A stretch of 64,000 bases of DNA from NCBI GenBank assembly GCA_964016885.1, contig OZ024741.1, forward strand, positions 295,368,001 to 295,432,000. The letters run 5' to 3'. Both the position numbers and the translations under genes were made by a program. The notes under the pieces were generated by a model. That model did not search any database. It worked only from the letters and a program-made list of their open reading frames with translations, and had not been told where the DNA came from. This document shows positions 40,286-60,069 of this stretch, one piece after another; the first letter of the stretch is position 1; each line of letters opens with the position of its first letter. The stretch comes from Eledone cirrhosa (lineage: Eukaryota).

Positions 40286-41152
40286 CAGATTCCAGCATCA
40301 AATGTACATAAAATGAAACACCGATTATGAAAATCTCATGTTGCAGTCTCTTTTCTTTTTAAATTATTTGGACTTGTAAATACATTTTATTAAATGTTCT
40401 CAAAATATTTTTGGGGAATAATAATATGCACAGAACATTATAATAATGAAACTAGGAAATACGTTCCTACAGATTGAAGTGGTGAAATATAAAAGAATTA
40501 TTCAAAGAAAAGCATAAGGTATATGCAAAACAAGTGAGAAAGAGAGAGAGAGAGATGGAAGACTTGAGAAAGAAGAAACTAAAATGACATGAGCTGGCAA
40601 AAAAGAGTTTCATGAAATCCTATATACATCACTATTTATCACAGCAAAACAACTCTATTCTAAATTTCATATCACAAAGTGACTACAACAGAAAGATGAA
40701 AAAAAAGAAAAAGAACAAAAAAAAAACGGAAATAATATTCGTTCTTTTTAATTTTTTGCAATATTTATTTTGTCCTCTTCTAAGAGAAAGAATCATTTAT
40801 TAAAGAAGAATTTAGTGTCTGGGTGCACATATTAGTGTGTGTGGCATATATATGTATATATATAATAAATATATATATATATAATGTAATACATATGTAT
40901 ATATAAATAAATATATATATATATATAAAATTATATATATACATATCTATATAATTATATATATATATAAAATATAAGTAAATATATAATTTATATATAT
41001 ATAATATATATATATATGTATAATATACATATATATATAGTTTATATGTATAATATATATATAATATATATATATGTATAATATATATATAATATACAAC
41101 ATACATATATATATATATATATAATATGATATATATATATATAGTTTATATG

Positions 41153-41208
<56 letters not shown>

Positions 41209-41525
41209 AATATATATATATATGTATAATATATATATAATATGTATAATATATATATGTATAATATATATATAATATAATATACATATATATATATATA
41301 ATATATATATGTATAATATATATATAATATAATATACATATATATATATAATATGATATATGATATATATATGTATATATATAATATAATATACATAATA
41401 TAAATAAGCTCACGGTGAAGATGATGAAGGACCGTGACGAGTGGAGAGATGCTGTGCTGAATAAGACCCGTCCCACCCTTGCGAGCAGGGAAGAGCGGAC
41501 GTAAAATGATGATGATGATAATATG

Positions 41526-41576
<51 letters not shown>

Positions 41577-41679
41577 AGGGAGAGAGAGAGAGCGACATAT
41601 AGCGGAAGTCATTAAAATTAGTTTCAATATGGTGTAATTTTGCTGTAAACAAGGGGTGGGATGCGCACCTGTGTGTGTG

Positions 41680-41782
<103 letters not shown>

Positions 41783-41826
41783 CCATTGAAAAATGGATGC
41801 TAAACTGTGAAGATAATGATGATATA

Positions 41827-41884
<58 letters not shown>

Positions 41885-41908
41885 TGTATATACATGTATG
41901 TACATGTG

Positions 41909-41939
<31 letters not shown>

Positions 41940-42011
41940 ATGTATATATATATATATATATGTATTTATGTATGTATGTGACTCTCTCTATATATATATG
42001 TGTGTGTGTTG

Positions 42012-42386
42012 TTATATTTGGGGATGGTCATGTTGCCAGTATTGCCAATAAAAAGAAACATACACACTATATCATTTTCACTTCATCTTTATTACGAGTT
42101 ATTTATTAGTTTGTCAAAGTTCTTTCGTCACACATTCTGGACCCCTTCAATGGCTATCTGTTCTCTTTTTATCCCTCCTCTTACTGATCTTAATCTGCTA
42201 CTCCATCTTCTTCAAGAAGTAGATTAAGATTAGTAAGAAGAGAAGGCACAAAAGAGAACTGATAGTCTGGCGAAAGAACTTTGATGAACTATTGAAAAAC
42301 TAGTAATAAAGATACATTGAAAAATATATGGTGCATATGTTTCTTTTTATGGGCAATGCTTGCAACATGATCTTCCCCCAAATATG
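42012..42386. mobile_element. Short palindromic derivative of the Penelope-like family at 15.9-19.2 kb
   Basis: Both ends share ggtcatgttgcc..aataa..agaaac termini; contains gtcaaagttctttcgtcacacattctg (degenerate hammerhead) and its mirror gcgaaagaactttga. Confidence 0.78.
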
Positions 42387-42576
42387 ATAATGTCAGTTTC
42401 AACATGCGATTTCACATCAAGAATCATGCAAAGTAAGCACATAAACACACACACACACACACATTTATATATATGTTTGTATATGAATATATTTATAGAA
42501 TATATGTATATATATATATATGTATATATGTATACATATATACATATATATACATATATATACATATATATGTATA

Positions 42577-42618
<42 letters not shown>

Positions 42619-42921
42619 CATATATATGTGTGTGCCTATATATATATATATGTGTGTGTGTGTCTATATATATATGTGTGTGTGTATATATATACATATG
42701 TGTGTGTGTATATATATATATATATATACACACATACATATGTATATGTACATATTTATATATTCATATATGTAAAATTTTACAATGTAAAAGATAAACA
42801 CAGACATTTTAACAATTTCTTTAAAATCCGAACTACAAAAACAATCTCTAAGTGAAATAGTCACAGTAGAGACAACAAAAATGATATATACAGATATACA
42901 CACACAAACGCACACAGACAC

Positions 42922-42956
<35 letters not shown>

Positions 42957-44629
42957 CGTGTGTGCATTTATATATGTGTGTGTGTGTGTGTATATATATA
43001 TATACACACCCAAGGAGTGTGTGTATATATATATACCCAGGGAGTTATTATATATATATATATATATATATGGAGGACTTCAAAGATTACACACACACAC
43101 CCAGCTCTGTCTTCTATAATGCTACTGAAATGATTTAATTCTTTGTAATTATTTACTTTCGCTGCTCATGTTTTTGTTTTTCATTTTTTTTTAATCATCC
43201 AAAAATTCTTTTTATATCCAAAAAATGCTTTATATGATGTCTCATGGATTTACTACAATTTTCTGAAAAAATTACAATGTTTTTTTGTTTTTTTTAAACT
43301 TAAACCAGCTTACTTATTATATATATATATATTTAAAAAAAAAAACATTTACTACTGCAACAAACTATTTGAAAAAAAAATCAAAATTTCTGTAAGATTA
43401 TATTATCATTAATATTTATTACATTTCCCCTTAAATCTCTGAAATATTATAAAAAAAAAACAAGATCAAATTAGTTGTATAATGCATGCATTATTAGTTT
43501 CTATTTACAGATATATTTTAAAAGAACATTTTCTCAAAATGGCTTACTGTCTCAAGACAAATGGATTCCGTCTGAGTTGTCAGAATGTTTTTTAAATTTT
43601 TTATTTCAACAAAAATTTTTAACAGTTACTTTCAGTTTACTAATTAAAATTTTATTTTTGAAGCCATGGTTCAGAGATTTCACTAATTAAAATATATTCA
43701 CTAATTAAAATATATTAGTCCATTTTTTAATGAATTGGGGTAAAAATAATATGTGAGTTGAAAAAGGATTTTTTTCTCCCCCTTCCTTCTTACAATGAGC
43801 ATGGCAGATCATTTTATTGGAATACTACAACGAAAAATAACTAACTTGGCTGATTATCTAATTATAGCAAGCTTTAAAATCTATTAACATATTCAGCTTC
43901 ACTCACTTATTGTTTTGATTCCGCAGCTTATTAATAGTAATAGTAGTTGTACATATTTTGTGGATTCGTACTAATTATTAACTGATGGAATTTCTAAATC
44001 TATGGAAAGCTTCACTGTTTTTGATTTGATAGTTTCTTGTTTATAAATTACTGCTGCTGTTGTTTGAAATATACATATTAAGAGGATGTTTCAAGAACTC
44101 ATACAGTATTAGACAGTATCAACAAAATAACCATAACTAAATAGACTATGATTGCATATACACATAAAGTCATCATCATTTAACACCTATTTTCCCTGCT
44201 AGGAAGAGCTGGAATATTATATATATATATATGTGTGTGTGTATGTGTGAATGCACAGACACACACACACACATAGACATATCCTTTTTACCATCAATAT
44301 GATAAAGATTTCAGTGTATTCAAATCAGAATCACTCCCTCCAGTGCACCAGGGATTGTATGACAACAGATAGTAAAATACAAGAGTGAGTTTTTTTTACC
44401 AACTTCACATTAAAACAATTTACAATGTGCATGCAACCCAAGGTGCTTCAAACTGAAAACAAAACACAATGATAATGAGATAGAAAGGGCAACAGTTTAG
44501 CCAAGAGGAATTGAAGAAAGAAAAATATATTTTCAGGTGTTAGTCCTATGAAGACAAAGCAAAATGCCAAGTAGACATATATTTGTGTATGTGTATTAAG
44601 TTTGATAATCTCACATTACCTTAGATTTC

Positions 44630-44667
<38 letters not shown>

Positions 44668-46109
44668 ATGTGTGTGTGAAACATAAAGTATTGCATGACT
44701 AAATCAAGCTGGTAATATATATCTTTGAATCCTAAACTATTTGTTGATTGCTTCTTCATACATTTACACAAGGAAAGAACAACATGAAAGCAAAGATAAA
44801 CAAATGCATTTATTTGGTTGACACATTACGAAGTTCTTCAATGTTTTAAGCTTAAATTCTTTAAAAATATAGAGAAAAGAATAGAAAAAACAGGGAATGC
44901 CACAAGTAGAGCAGAAACAGTATCACACGTTAGGTCAAATTCCACTATGAATAAATATAGTATCTCATTTCTAATTGACTTACAATATACCTACATTTCA
45001 GCTATATATATTATAACATTATTCTGTTAGAGAATTATGAAGAAAGTTAAAAATATAGGAATTGTTGCCATAGATCTAATCTGTCACCCAGTTTAACACA
45101 ACCACTTGCCTCTTGGGTGCCTTTAGCAGAGTCCAATTTGTTGCAGGCATTCAGACCAGAACTCTTGGTTAAGGATACCTTACCACCAGTTTGGGAAGAC
45201 CTGAAATGTGTCACAGTATTGCCCTTCCTCCCCTGACTACACGGTAAAAATAATAATAATAATGGTTTCATTTATTGGCCACGAGGGCCGATATATAGGT
45301 GACAACACAATGGACAGAGACAGTGGGGGTTTTAGACAAAAATCGAGTAAAAAATAGGAAAACGATAACAATAAATAATAATAAATAATAATAATAATAA
45401 TTATAAACAGAATTCAATTATTATGAAATTTTCAATTCAAATGATTAATAATTCTGTTACGGAAAAGTAACACACAGCTATTTAGGAGTTGTTGTACTGG
45501 AAAACTGTCCTTTGAGGGGACATGCTGCCTAAAATAGGGATCTGTTGTTTTATTTCTATAGTATTTTGTCTGCCTAATCTACTCCAATGTACACAAGTCA
45601 AATTTTGTGTGACATAACCTTTTAGTTTTTCAGTTTGAGATGAAATTTCTAATATCATGTCTAAAAAATGTGATGGCATATGGCCTAGTGGTTAGGGTGT
45701 TAATCTCATGATCGTAAGGTTATAGGTTTGATCTCAGAACTGGGTAGCGCGTTATGTTTTTAAGCAAAGCACTTCATTTCATATCCCCCAGTTCACTCAG
45801 CCGAAAATGAATAGCATCAGTTGAGTTCAACCTTGTAATGGACTGGCATTCCATCAGAGTGGAAGTCTCATATTCTCAGTTGCTTGATACAACATGAAAT
45901 GGTGATAAGCTCTGACTTTGGCACAACCCATGCCAGCATGGAAAAACAGGCATAAAACCATGGTGGAAAAGAAAGAATTTGTTAATGTCTTTAGAACTTG
46001 TGAAAATTATAATATTATCTACACATGTGTCAGAATCTTTTCAGAAAAATGGATTAATGTCAATAATTCACCTCAGAATGTGTGTATGTATTATACACAC
46101 ACACATATT

Positions 46110-46157
<48 letters not shown>

Positions 46158-46862
46158 GTAACAACTTTTTCAGAAACAAATGAACATTTTCTTAGTTTTA
46201 ACAAATCTAAATTTAGGCAAGATGGCTATCATGTAACTACTATGTCTGCTGAAAACAAACTTTATCAGTAAAACAGAGAAGCTGAAATAGGAGAATCGTA
46301 ATTTATTGAACTTCCCCCACTCTCATCACAAAAATAACTTATGCTGTTCAAGGAAAAATAAATTATTTATGAACTTTTTTTATGTTTTATTTGAAAATGT
46401 CCAATATTCAAGACATGTGTGACTCTCTGAACCAATGTTTCATTTGTGTATATGTGACTAACCAAGAGTGCTTCAAGAAAATCTATTTTTATTCAACCTA
46501 GACTAATATCTATTTATCTCAGACATTAAGTGCCATATCACCATTTCTATATGTCTATTGTAATGTAATATTTTTGCATCATTGGCAAACTCATGAATTC
46601 TTCACATTTCTCCAAATCTTTTTTGCATGATGTGTGTTATTTGATAATTTTTAATCAATTTCTTTAAAAATATAACATCTAACACTACAGTCAAAATTAA
46701 AATAATTACAATAATAATAATAATAATGATAATATGTAATTAAAACAACACTAAGGGCCATGACTTTACTTAAGGGCTCATTAACTATTTTCAAAGGTTC
46801 ACACAGGTTTTATCACTCCCTCCTTGTAGAGATATTTATCAGACACTGCAAAGTAGACTGTC

Positions 46863-47727
<865 letters not shown>

Positions 47728-50719
47728 GGATTATATTGTTTTTAGTAATAAATTTAAATTATTCTAAACAAAAGTAATTTGTTATTAGCTTTCAATAGGA
47801 TGTATGTCAGAAATGTTTATTTTCTTTATTCCATACAGCTTTAACTTATATCATAATCAAAATTGCAGAAACCTCTTACACTGTTCACTTATATACATTG
47901 CAAATTCCAAATTCCATATTGATATAAATAAGATTCCTCTCTGACATACCTGTAAATCATAAATAGAATATATATTTCTATGTATATATGTATACATATA
48001 TATATATATATATATATTATATTATATTATATATTTTATATATATATATATATATAGTGCCAAGAGTTTCCAAAGAGTAGATTAAGGGGAAAAAGCACTC
48101 TATTTAATGTATGTGTGTGTGTTTGTTAAAAAAGAAGATTCAATTGGTAAATAAAATATTTGGAGTGTCCTTAGAGATATCTGCTATTGAATTATTAATT
48201 GACACACCAATAAAAATGAGAACGATGATATGCAAGTTAGCTTTCTAAAGATGGCTGGGTGGGTGGCAGAAATAAAACCATTTACTCTGCACATAGTTGT
48301 AACTTTTGGACACAACAACAATACTAAATATTTAGAAAGTTTGTTGGACATTCATAATGTTTTGGATTCAATTCCTCTTCATGGCATCTTGGATCGAAGT
48401 CACACTCATTCAGGTTGGCCCTAGCCTTTTGAGTGAAATTGGGTAGATGGAAATTGCTTAGAAGCCTGTTGGATGGGCACTACTTGTAATTCAGAGGGTT
48501 AACTTTGTCACACATTTTGTCATGCCAAATCTTCCCTTTAAAGTACACATGTTTGTGCAATACTCAGACACTTACAAGCTACTCCAGCGATTGAACAACT
48601 GGAACACTCATTGGTGAAACTATATTTATTAACCTAAAACCTATTTTGCTTAAAAAGTCTAAGATTAAATAATGATGTCTTTTATACAGATTTAATAATG
48701 TCATCTATTTTATTGACTAATTCCAAACAGAATACTGAACATAAATATTTCATCAATCATTGTTTTTAATCAGCTATTTGCATTATTAAAATTAATTTGT
48801 TATTTAGATACTGAATAACATTGTTAATATTTGTTTCTTTTGATTAACTTCAAAACCTCATGGTTTTCAACATTCAGCAAAGTGTATACATTGCTGAATG
48901 TTTTTCAGACACTCTAAACATATGTATGTCTATAGCTATAGTGTATTTGTATAATTAATACTAAAACTTCTACCAATTAATTGTATATATACCATTTGTC
49001 AGATTATTTCTGGTTTATGCAATACCAGGTTTTGCCATTAATATGCAAATAACTTAAACTTGAAGATATTAACAGAAATAATATTGAAAATCTAAACAGC
49101 AGTGCTCCAGCATGGCCATAGTGACTGAAACCAATAAAAAAATAATAATAATACAATGAAAATTTCTTTTTTTTTTTGATAATTTAAACTAACAAAATGA
49201 TCTTGATCTAGTGACATATATTAGAAATATTTCACTAATTAGTTCACTGTTCAATAAATTACCATTGAAATTGATTAACATCAACCCTACTTCAGTAATT
49301 TTTTTTTTTTTATATATATATCCCCCAGCCTGCACCTTTCTTAGCAGCTCCCAGCCCCTAAACAATTCCACACTTCCTCCATTTTAGAAGGATATTATTC
49401 ATCCCAGAGAAACATTGTATGAAATCCATCCTTTGGCGCTCTGCTGACAGATTTTCAGTGAAGACATTTTACTTACATTGGAGAAATTTAATGATCTTGT
49501 GGGATAGGGTGGAAACAATAGTCAAGTTTATAACACTATTTCCTGTTAAAGAGAAGTGTAAAACAAGTACATTATTGTGGTAACTGTACAGATTATAATC
49601 AGCTTCTATAAGTTTGGGGTTGTTTAACAGAGTGGGAGGATGGCAACAGTTTCATGCTTTCAACCTTTTTTTAGTTTACTAATTGAAGTTGAAGTGTTAT
49701 AGCTTCAGCCCACCTATCTTTGTATTTCTTGTGTCTTTCTCTGATTCAAGGTTACTATATGTGATGCCAAATGGCATCATATGTATGATATAATCAGTCT
49801 TTGTGTAAAACCCTAAATAATAGTGCAATAAATACACAGTGTTCTCCAATAGATTTAAACCCTATTTCATGTATTGAGTGTCCTCTCTCTCTCTCTTTCT
49901 CTTTTCAGCACACCTTTCTCTGACACAAGGTTGTTCATTCTCTACATTGACAAGCAGTACAATAATGTTACTGTAAATTGTAATTTACCAACAGTTTAAA
50001 AAGTTTACCAGTGAAAATGAAATTTTGATTTTGCCATCGAAAAACTCAAATTTGTTATGAAACTGAGGATAAAGTAAACTTTTAAATCTCCAAGCTAAAT
50101 CATTGTTCTTACTATATGATTTTCTAACTCATAAAAAGAAGGAAATATGTTGTAAACCTCATAAATCACCTTAATAAGAGCCATGTATATTTAGCTAAAT
50201 AGAATAATGACAAAAAGGTTACTTAAATATATAAATTTGAAATTGAAACTCTAAAAATATACACTGATAGTTTGTATATGGTAGGAAAATACAATTGTTA
50301 TCTGGTCAGTAGTACAGAAATAATTCATATTATTTATACATATTATATGTAGGTATTCAATTGAAGAAAGTTGGTTGATTGAAAATCTGCCGACTTTTTC
50401 TTAACAGATGTAAAGCACTCCACGGTTTTTCTTTGTCCGAGTTTTATTATAATAATATACAAAAAAAACGGTTTCAAAATAAATAGGGATGTACAAATGA
50501 AACCGTCTTTCTTGTTTATTATTATTATTATGGATTGGCAGTATCGGTAGAGGGTCGGACGCCATGCTTTCCAGCATAGTTACGTCCCTTTACGATCTGA
50601 GTTCAAATCCCGCCGAGGTTGACTTTGCCTTTCATCCTTACGGGGTCGATAAAATAAAGTACCAGTAATGCACTGGGTAATTGCTGGCCTTGTGCCTAAA
50701 GTAGAAACAATTATTATTA

Positions 50720-50789
<70 letters not shown>

Positions 50790-50915
50790 CAAGCATGGCC
50801 TCAACCAGATAACTGGAACAGGTAAAAGAGTATATGGGAAAATGATAATAGTAGTAAAAGGATTAAACATAAAAATGTATAAGTATATATATATAGAGAG
50901 AGAGATAGAGAGATT

Positions 50916-50952
<37 letters not shown>

Positions 50953-51598
50953 GTATATGTATTTATATATATATATTTATGTATATATAAATATTAGGCC
51001 CCCAAACTCTTTAATAAGTTGCCAAGAAACTTGTGGATGTGGATATTTTCAAACAATCACTGCTATCCAGGATCCCATATGAACCGACAGTACAGAATAA
51101 AGTTAAACTAAGGGCAGCCACAACGAACTCCCTCTTACATCAACTGCAAGCCAACGCAGGCTGGATGTAAAGCAACAAGGGCGGTGCCCAGCATGGCCTC
51201 AGCTGGTTAGCTGGAACAGATAAAAGAGTATATATCTATGAGTGTGTGTGTATATATATATATATATATAAGGAAAAGAAATTGAAAATGCAACTTGAGT
51301 CTTTTCAGAATATTTATTTATTTACTTTACTGGTTTCACAGTTCTTATGATTTTCAACATTAAAATTGATATGGAGGGTTTGTATTTGTGTTATATAATT
51401 AAAGTTTAACTAGAACTTCAAATATAGATACCTTTTAAAATGATTAATCTCCTTTGCAGTTTTACGGATTAATTGGTGAAATATATTTCTTACTTAAAGA
51501 AATATATACAAAGGAGATTAATCATTTTACCCCTACCTAGCTATGTGTGCTTACATTCTTTACAAATTATTCCCTGTGATCGTTTCATATGTTTATTT

Positions 51599-54340
<2,742 letters not shown>

Positions 54341-55876
54341 ATTAGTATATGGTGATATACAAATGTTGACTGATAATATGATGATAATCATTAGAGGGAA
54401 GAACGATGTGCCAGAGAAAGATCCAGATAAAGAGAATTGAAGAGAAAGGAAGAGAGACTTTTATTCTACAACTCTAAATATTTTATCCCTTGTAAAATAT
54501 GTAATGTTCTACAAAAAGATTTCAAGGTAAGAAGTAAATAGTGAAATGTTAGAAGTTATTTTCAAATTTAGAGGGGAAACAACGTTTTTTTTTTTTTTCT
54601 GAACAAGCAATATAGTTGTGCCTCTGTTATTAAGTGAAACATTGTCTTATCAACTAGCATCAGTGTTTATCTAGAAGCTACTAAGGAGTGTGTCATTGCA
54701 TTTTCATTACTTGATTGCCTTGACCTCAGTGGTAACCTTGGAACTTGGCCCTGAAACATTTTTCTTTACTAAAGAGAATAAATTCTGTGTGAAGGCCTGC
54801 TACTCTTTGCTTGTTTTCACAATTCCTGTAGAGTCTTCCATTCTTTATCGACTGCATGTAGAGTGTATTGTGTGGAGCACATATAATATAAACACGCACA
54901 TGCATATAAACACACACACGTGTGTGTGGTGTGTGTATGTGTGTGTATTATATATATATAAATAAACAGAAATTCTAATAGTATATGACTGAGTTTTGTT
55001 TTATTTTTTACCATTTCTTTTCAATGGTTTAATGTAAAATATTGATGTAATATTCTTTTCAGCAGTTGATACTAACAGAGCTGGTATAGTTCTCATACAG
55101 ATTGCAGTTTCTTATTAACACATTTTCCCTTTATATATGTTTTGACAAAATCTGATAAAGTAGAAGATAAAGTGATCTGTGGCTTGTGACAACTATATAC
55201 TTACTCCTGGGATGGGATTTTTTGCCATAGATGTTTACTTCTTTGGATGAAAGCCATGGCTCTATAAATTGACAAAAGGCCAATGTGTGTTTGGTCCAAG
55301 ACTGTTTATTCTTAGTGTATTCACAGCAAATCATCATATCTGAAGGCCAACTTCTATCAGCTTATCAGGCACAAAAAGTATTATAGCAATAGAAGAGATT
55401 TATTAAAAGAATGTGAAAATACTTTTAAACAGCAAATAAAAAGTGGATACTAATCCATATATTCTTGGACTTAAAAGCAAAATGCAATATCCCACTCCCT
55501 CAATGCCTATTAGAATGCACTTTTCATTTGTCAACTTAAACAAGAAGAGAAATGAGAAGTGAGTAGCAATTATTTTAATGCCAATTTGTCCACACTTTTA
55601 CTGACAGCTGTATTTCAGTTCTAGTCCAATTTAACTAACGTTACTGCATTCTCTCCCAATAGCATGAGAGTCATTATATGTTGCCTTTTAACTTCAGCTC
55701 TTCATCAACTCAAACATACTTCCTCTTTCAGAAAGATTAATGTATTTAGTCATCTTTCTAATGACTGTTCACTTTCTTTATTTACATATCCAAAAGCAAT
55801 GTTATTGTTGTTGATATGTACATATATATACAGTACATAGTATATATGTACAGCAACAAGCAAAAATATATCATCT

Positions 55877-55911
<35 letters not shown>

Positions 55912-56289
55912 CATGGCTTAGTGGTTAGAGCATTGGGCTTGCAATCGGAAGGTTGTGTGTTCGAATTTGTGATGTGTTGTGTCCTTGAGCAAGACACTTT
56001 ATTTTCACGTTAATCCAATTTTCTCAGCTGTTGAAATGAGTTGTAATGGCACAGACGTCAACTGTATTGGCCATTGCCTTGGATATATATCAGTGGCATG
56101 GAGAGGGGAAATTGGTATGCATGGGCGACTGCTGGTTTTCCACAAACAACCTTGCCCAGACTTCTGCCTCAGAGGGGAACATTCTATGTACAAATCTCAT
56201 GGTCATTCATGACCTAAGGGGAGTCTTTACCCTTTACCCCATATATATCATCACCATTTAATGTTCCATGCTAGCACTGGTTAGACAGG

Positions 56290-56580
56290 TTGTCCCGTTT
56301 GAGGAAGGTTGGATCAGGTGTTTCTGTGAGAGGTCATCTCGCCATCTTGTCTTTGGACGTCCTTTTGATCTTGTCCATTTTCTTGGTGTCCACTCTGTCA
56401 TTCTGATCGTCCATCTTTTGTCACTGAGTCATGAGATGTGGCCAGCCCATCTGTATTTGTTCATTTTGATGGTTGTTATTATGTCGCTGACTCCAGTTTA
56501 TTGTCGGATCTAAATGTTTTTCTTCTCAGACAGCGTGATACCCAACATGATGCACTCCATCTTTCACTGGGCAATACTGA
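56290..56580 (-). mobile_element. RTE-like LINE C-terminal fragment (distinct family)
   Basis: Minus strand KYRWAGHIS*LSDKRWTIRMTEWTPRKWTRSKGRPKTRWRDDL. Confidence 0.8.
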
Positions 56581-58242
56581 GTATGTTTCTGGGCTATTGC
56601 TCTACATCAAGACTGTATATCTCTTTCTGCCACTCACTTGAACTGTTGAAAATATATATTTTCTAAAGTATAGATCGACTGATTAGCCTTATTCGCATAC
56701 TGGCTGGCTTTGCTGAAAATTAGAAACAAAACGAGAATTTGGTTTCTTGCTCTCACATAGCTGGTTACATAAATGTATTTATGAGCTTTTTATCAAATAA
56801 TAATAATAAAAATAATTTCTACTTTTGGCACAAGGCCAGCAATTACCCAGTGCATTACTGGTGCTTTATTTTATCGACCCTGTAAGGATGAAAGGTAAAG
56901 TTAACCTCAGCGGGATTTGAACTGAGACCATAAAGGGCTGTAACTCTTTGCTGCAAAGCATGGTGTCCGACCCTCTACCAATACTGCTTAATAATAATAA
57001 TCAATTTGTTAGCAAGCAAACAGCCTCATTACACTGTTTTTTCCTCAAAGAAATCCCTAATAAACTTCCTACACTCAGATATGTCTCTGTAAATAATAAC
57101 TTTCTACTTGAGTGGGCAATGCTGTACAAATGCTGATTTGATAGACTTTGCTAGGTGGCGATATTAAGTTAGACATGGTCAGGGACAATACTTGCTTTAA
57201 CTTAACAAAGTTATATATGTATCTACACACAAGTACTAGCTATCTTCAAGCTATTGATAGATTCCGTACCCAAATTGGCAAAATTATATTGGGATATCTA
57301 AGACCTACTCCCAAGAAAGCGATTTTTCATGAAACAGGGTTTCCCCAACTCACTTGTTGATAGAATAGTCCATGAAACTGCTCTGTTTAAATGCAAAAGA
57401 AAACAGCATGATATTTGGCTTCGTCCATGAGTAGAACAATTAAATCATTTAATCCTTTAATGTTCAAACCAGCCAAAACCAGCCAGAATTCTCTACCTCT
57501 TTCTGTTGAAACTGGCTATAACTGGTCATTCAAACTGATGTTAACATATTGTTCTCAAAATAAATACTTTCAAAATCTCATAGATTCGATATTATGTGAG
57601 ATAATTATGTGAGGTAAAGCCTTTACCATGAAAATATGATAGTATATATTAGAGTAATGTGAATGCTAAAGGGTTAAAATAATGATTCAAAACGCAAAAG
57701 AACTCCATAACACTATCGCACAGTCAATCTCTTTTAACAGTTGGGTCTGCTACACCGAAGGGGCACATTCAGACAAGGGAGTGGGTTGAGGAGCTACTTG
57801 CTATTTCAAAAATAATTATAGAAATATAAACTTCAGATTACATTGGGATTACACTATATTTGATGCAGAATGGTGGGAAATTACATTATTCATAGATTCA
57901 GCTAAGGAATTGCCCCAGAAAAATGGTTTTCTATTTACTGATAGTCTATTGAACCTAGAACTGCTTCAGTCAAGAAAAAGGGGTTGGGCCAGAGATATTG
58001 AGAATGCTCTGCTAAAAATAGATAATTACCTACCAGAAAATAATTGTTTCTACTTTTGGCACAAGGCCAGCAATTACCGAGTACATTACTGGTACTTTAT
58101 TTTATCGACCCCGTAAGGATGAGAGGCAAAGTTAACCTCAGCGGGATTTGAACTCAGTTCGTAAAGGGACGTAATTATGCTGGAAAGCATGTCCGAGCCT
58201 CTACCGATACCAAATAAAGAAATAACGGTGCTTTGGATATCA

Positions 58243-58680
58243 GTCCATACAGATGGTGTAGGATAAAACAAAGAAGAGACACAAAAAAATCTCAGCCACT
58301 AAGAAGGTCACACAATGTGTGATGAAAGAGCTTTGACAATATATAAACAGCCATCCAGTTATTGAACCAACCAACCAACCAGAAATTGATGATAAATTGA
58401 AGTGAAAACCAACAGGTGCATGTGTTTTTATTGGCAACATGACACTCCCTTGGGTAGTCTATGGTAACTTTAATAATCTGATGGATGGATGCAGCTATTT
58501 GCTGGATGCTTTCCACAGTGTTCCTCTCTAATTCCTGACCATTCTCCTGTGGAGGTGTTTACACTACGATGTTGATGTCATCTACATAGTGGGAATACAT
58601 ACCCATCTATCAACGTTGGTTTTGCTGTGGTAAACTGTGTAGAGATGATCAGTGAGAGTGATGTATAATTCTGTGGGATG
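58243..58680. mobile_element. Rearranged fragments of the 15.9-19.2 kb Penelope-like family
   Basis: 58243-58450 matches the 3' UTR (+); 58450-58600 matches the RT YVDD region (-); about 58605-58680 matches the RT SIDVDFAV region (+). Confidence 0.8.
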
Positions 58681-59034
58681 TTGCTTCTGTAATCTGTCAG
58701 ATCATTGTGTCTTTTCTATGTGTGGATATGAACATGGAAATAAAAATCGCCTGTTTTCAAGTTCCAGCAGAAAGCAATATCCCAATGAGAACCATTAAAT
58801 TTCAAATACTATAGGCAGTTATCCCACTCTGCTTCTGCTGGAATTCGCTAGATGGTGCTTGCTGGCCGTAGCCTTTCAAATTTCAAAGAAATCTAGGTTA
58901 TACACATCTATAATCATATCGAAATATATTGAGAGACACATAGATTTATATACACAAAGGGTTAAGCCGGGGATATCAGCTGTCATAGCCTTATCACTAG
59001 CATTGGTCATAACACCAACATTGTTATTTTTTAT

Positions 59035-60060
59035 TTTTCCGAGCCTACCATGAAAATAACGAGAACCTATCATATATTAACTATCAATCTAACCATCCTA
59101 AGTCTATAATTAACTCTATAGTTAGTAACGTATCACTTAGAATATCCCACCTATCATCCTCTCTAGAAAATGTTAACAAACACACAGAATACTATAACAA
59201 TGCATTGCGAAAGGCAGGGCATTTGAATAGGCTAAAATACATAGATAAAAGTGAGAGATGTAAATACACTGCAAACCATCGCAGGAGAAGTAACTTATAC
59301 TCTAAAAATAATTATAAACACTCCTGTCACAGGCAAAATACCAACAATAGTGAACAGCAAAAAGGTAAGAGTTCTCTTAATCCCCAGGAAACACCCACAA
59401 AAGATAACATCACCAAGAAAACTAGAAACAGGATATACCTCTGGTATAATCAAGTATTCAACACTGCAGTTATGTCTAGACTACCCTCCTTATTCTTTAA
59501 CCTGATCGATAAACATTTCCCATGGTCACATAAGTACCATAAGATATTAAACAGAAATACCATTAGGTTATCTTATTCTACATCCATGAACCTGGATGGT
59601 TACATAAACAAACTGAATATGAGACGCTTAGGTAACTATGATACTGAACAGAACTGTGATGTTAACAAGAACCCCATGGGATACTCTCAACCAACACGGA
59701 TTAATGAACCTAAGGCCGTGAAAACTAGAGGTAAATCTATCACACCTATTTTCACACATACCACATCAAATATCAACAACAATAATAGTAGTGAACCATC
59801 CCATAGAAAAGAAATAAGATGCAATTGCCCACGACCTGAGAACTGTCCCATATAGAATATGTGTATGTGCAATAACATGGTATACCAATGTGTAATCAAT
59901 ACAAACAAACAAAAAGTAAAATATGCAAGGGCTACTTCAAATGTATTTAAAAAAACAATGGTATGCCCATGTACATTCTTTTAAAATTGATAAACTTAGA
60001 TATTCTACAACTTTAGCCAACAAAATATGGGAACTGGAAGAAAGAGGAAGTTAATACGAG
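59035..60060 (+). mobile_element. Penelope-like element fragment (second family): RT thumb, linker and GIY-YIG start
   Basis: YINYQSNHPKSII..RISHLSS..YYNNALRKAG; RIYLWYN..LIDKHFP..HKILNRNTIRLSYS; CNCPRPENCP..MVYQC; contains stops. Confidence 0.85.
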
Positions 60061-60069
60061 ATTTCCTAG

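Noticed and set aside
48869-48902. Pre-miRNA-like hairpin aacattcagcaa...ttgctgaatgtt
   Set aside because: Stem too short and pairing does not extend into the flanks.
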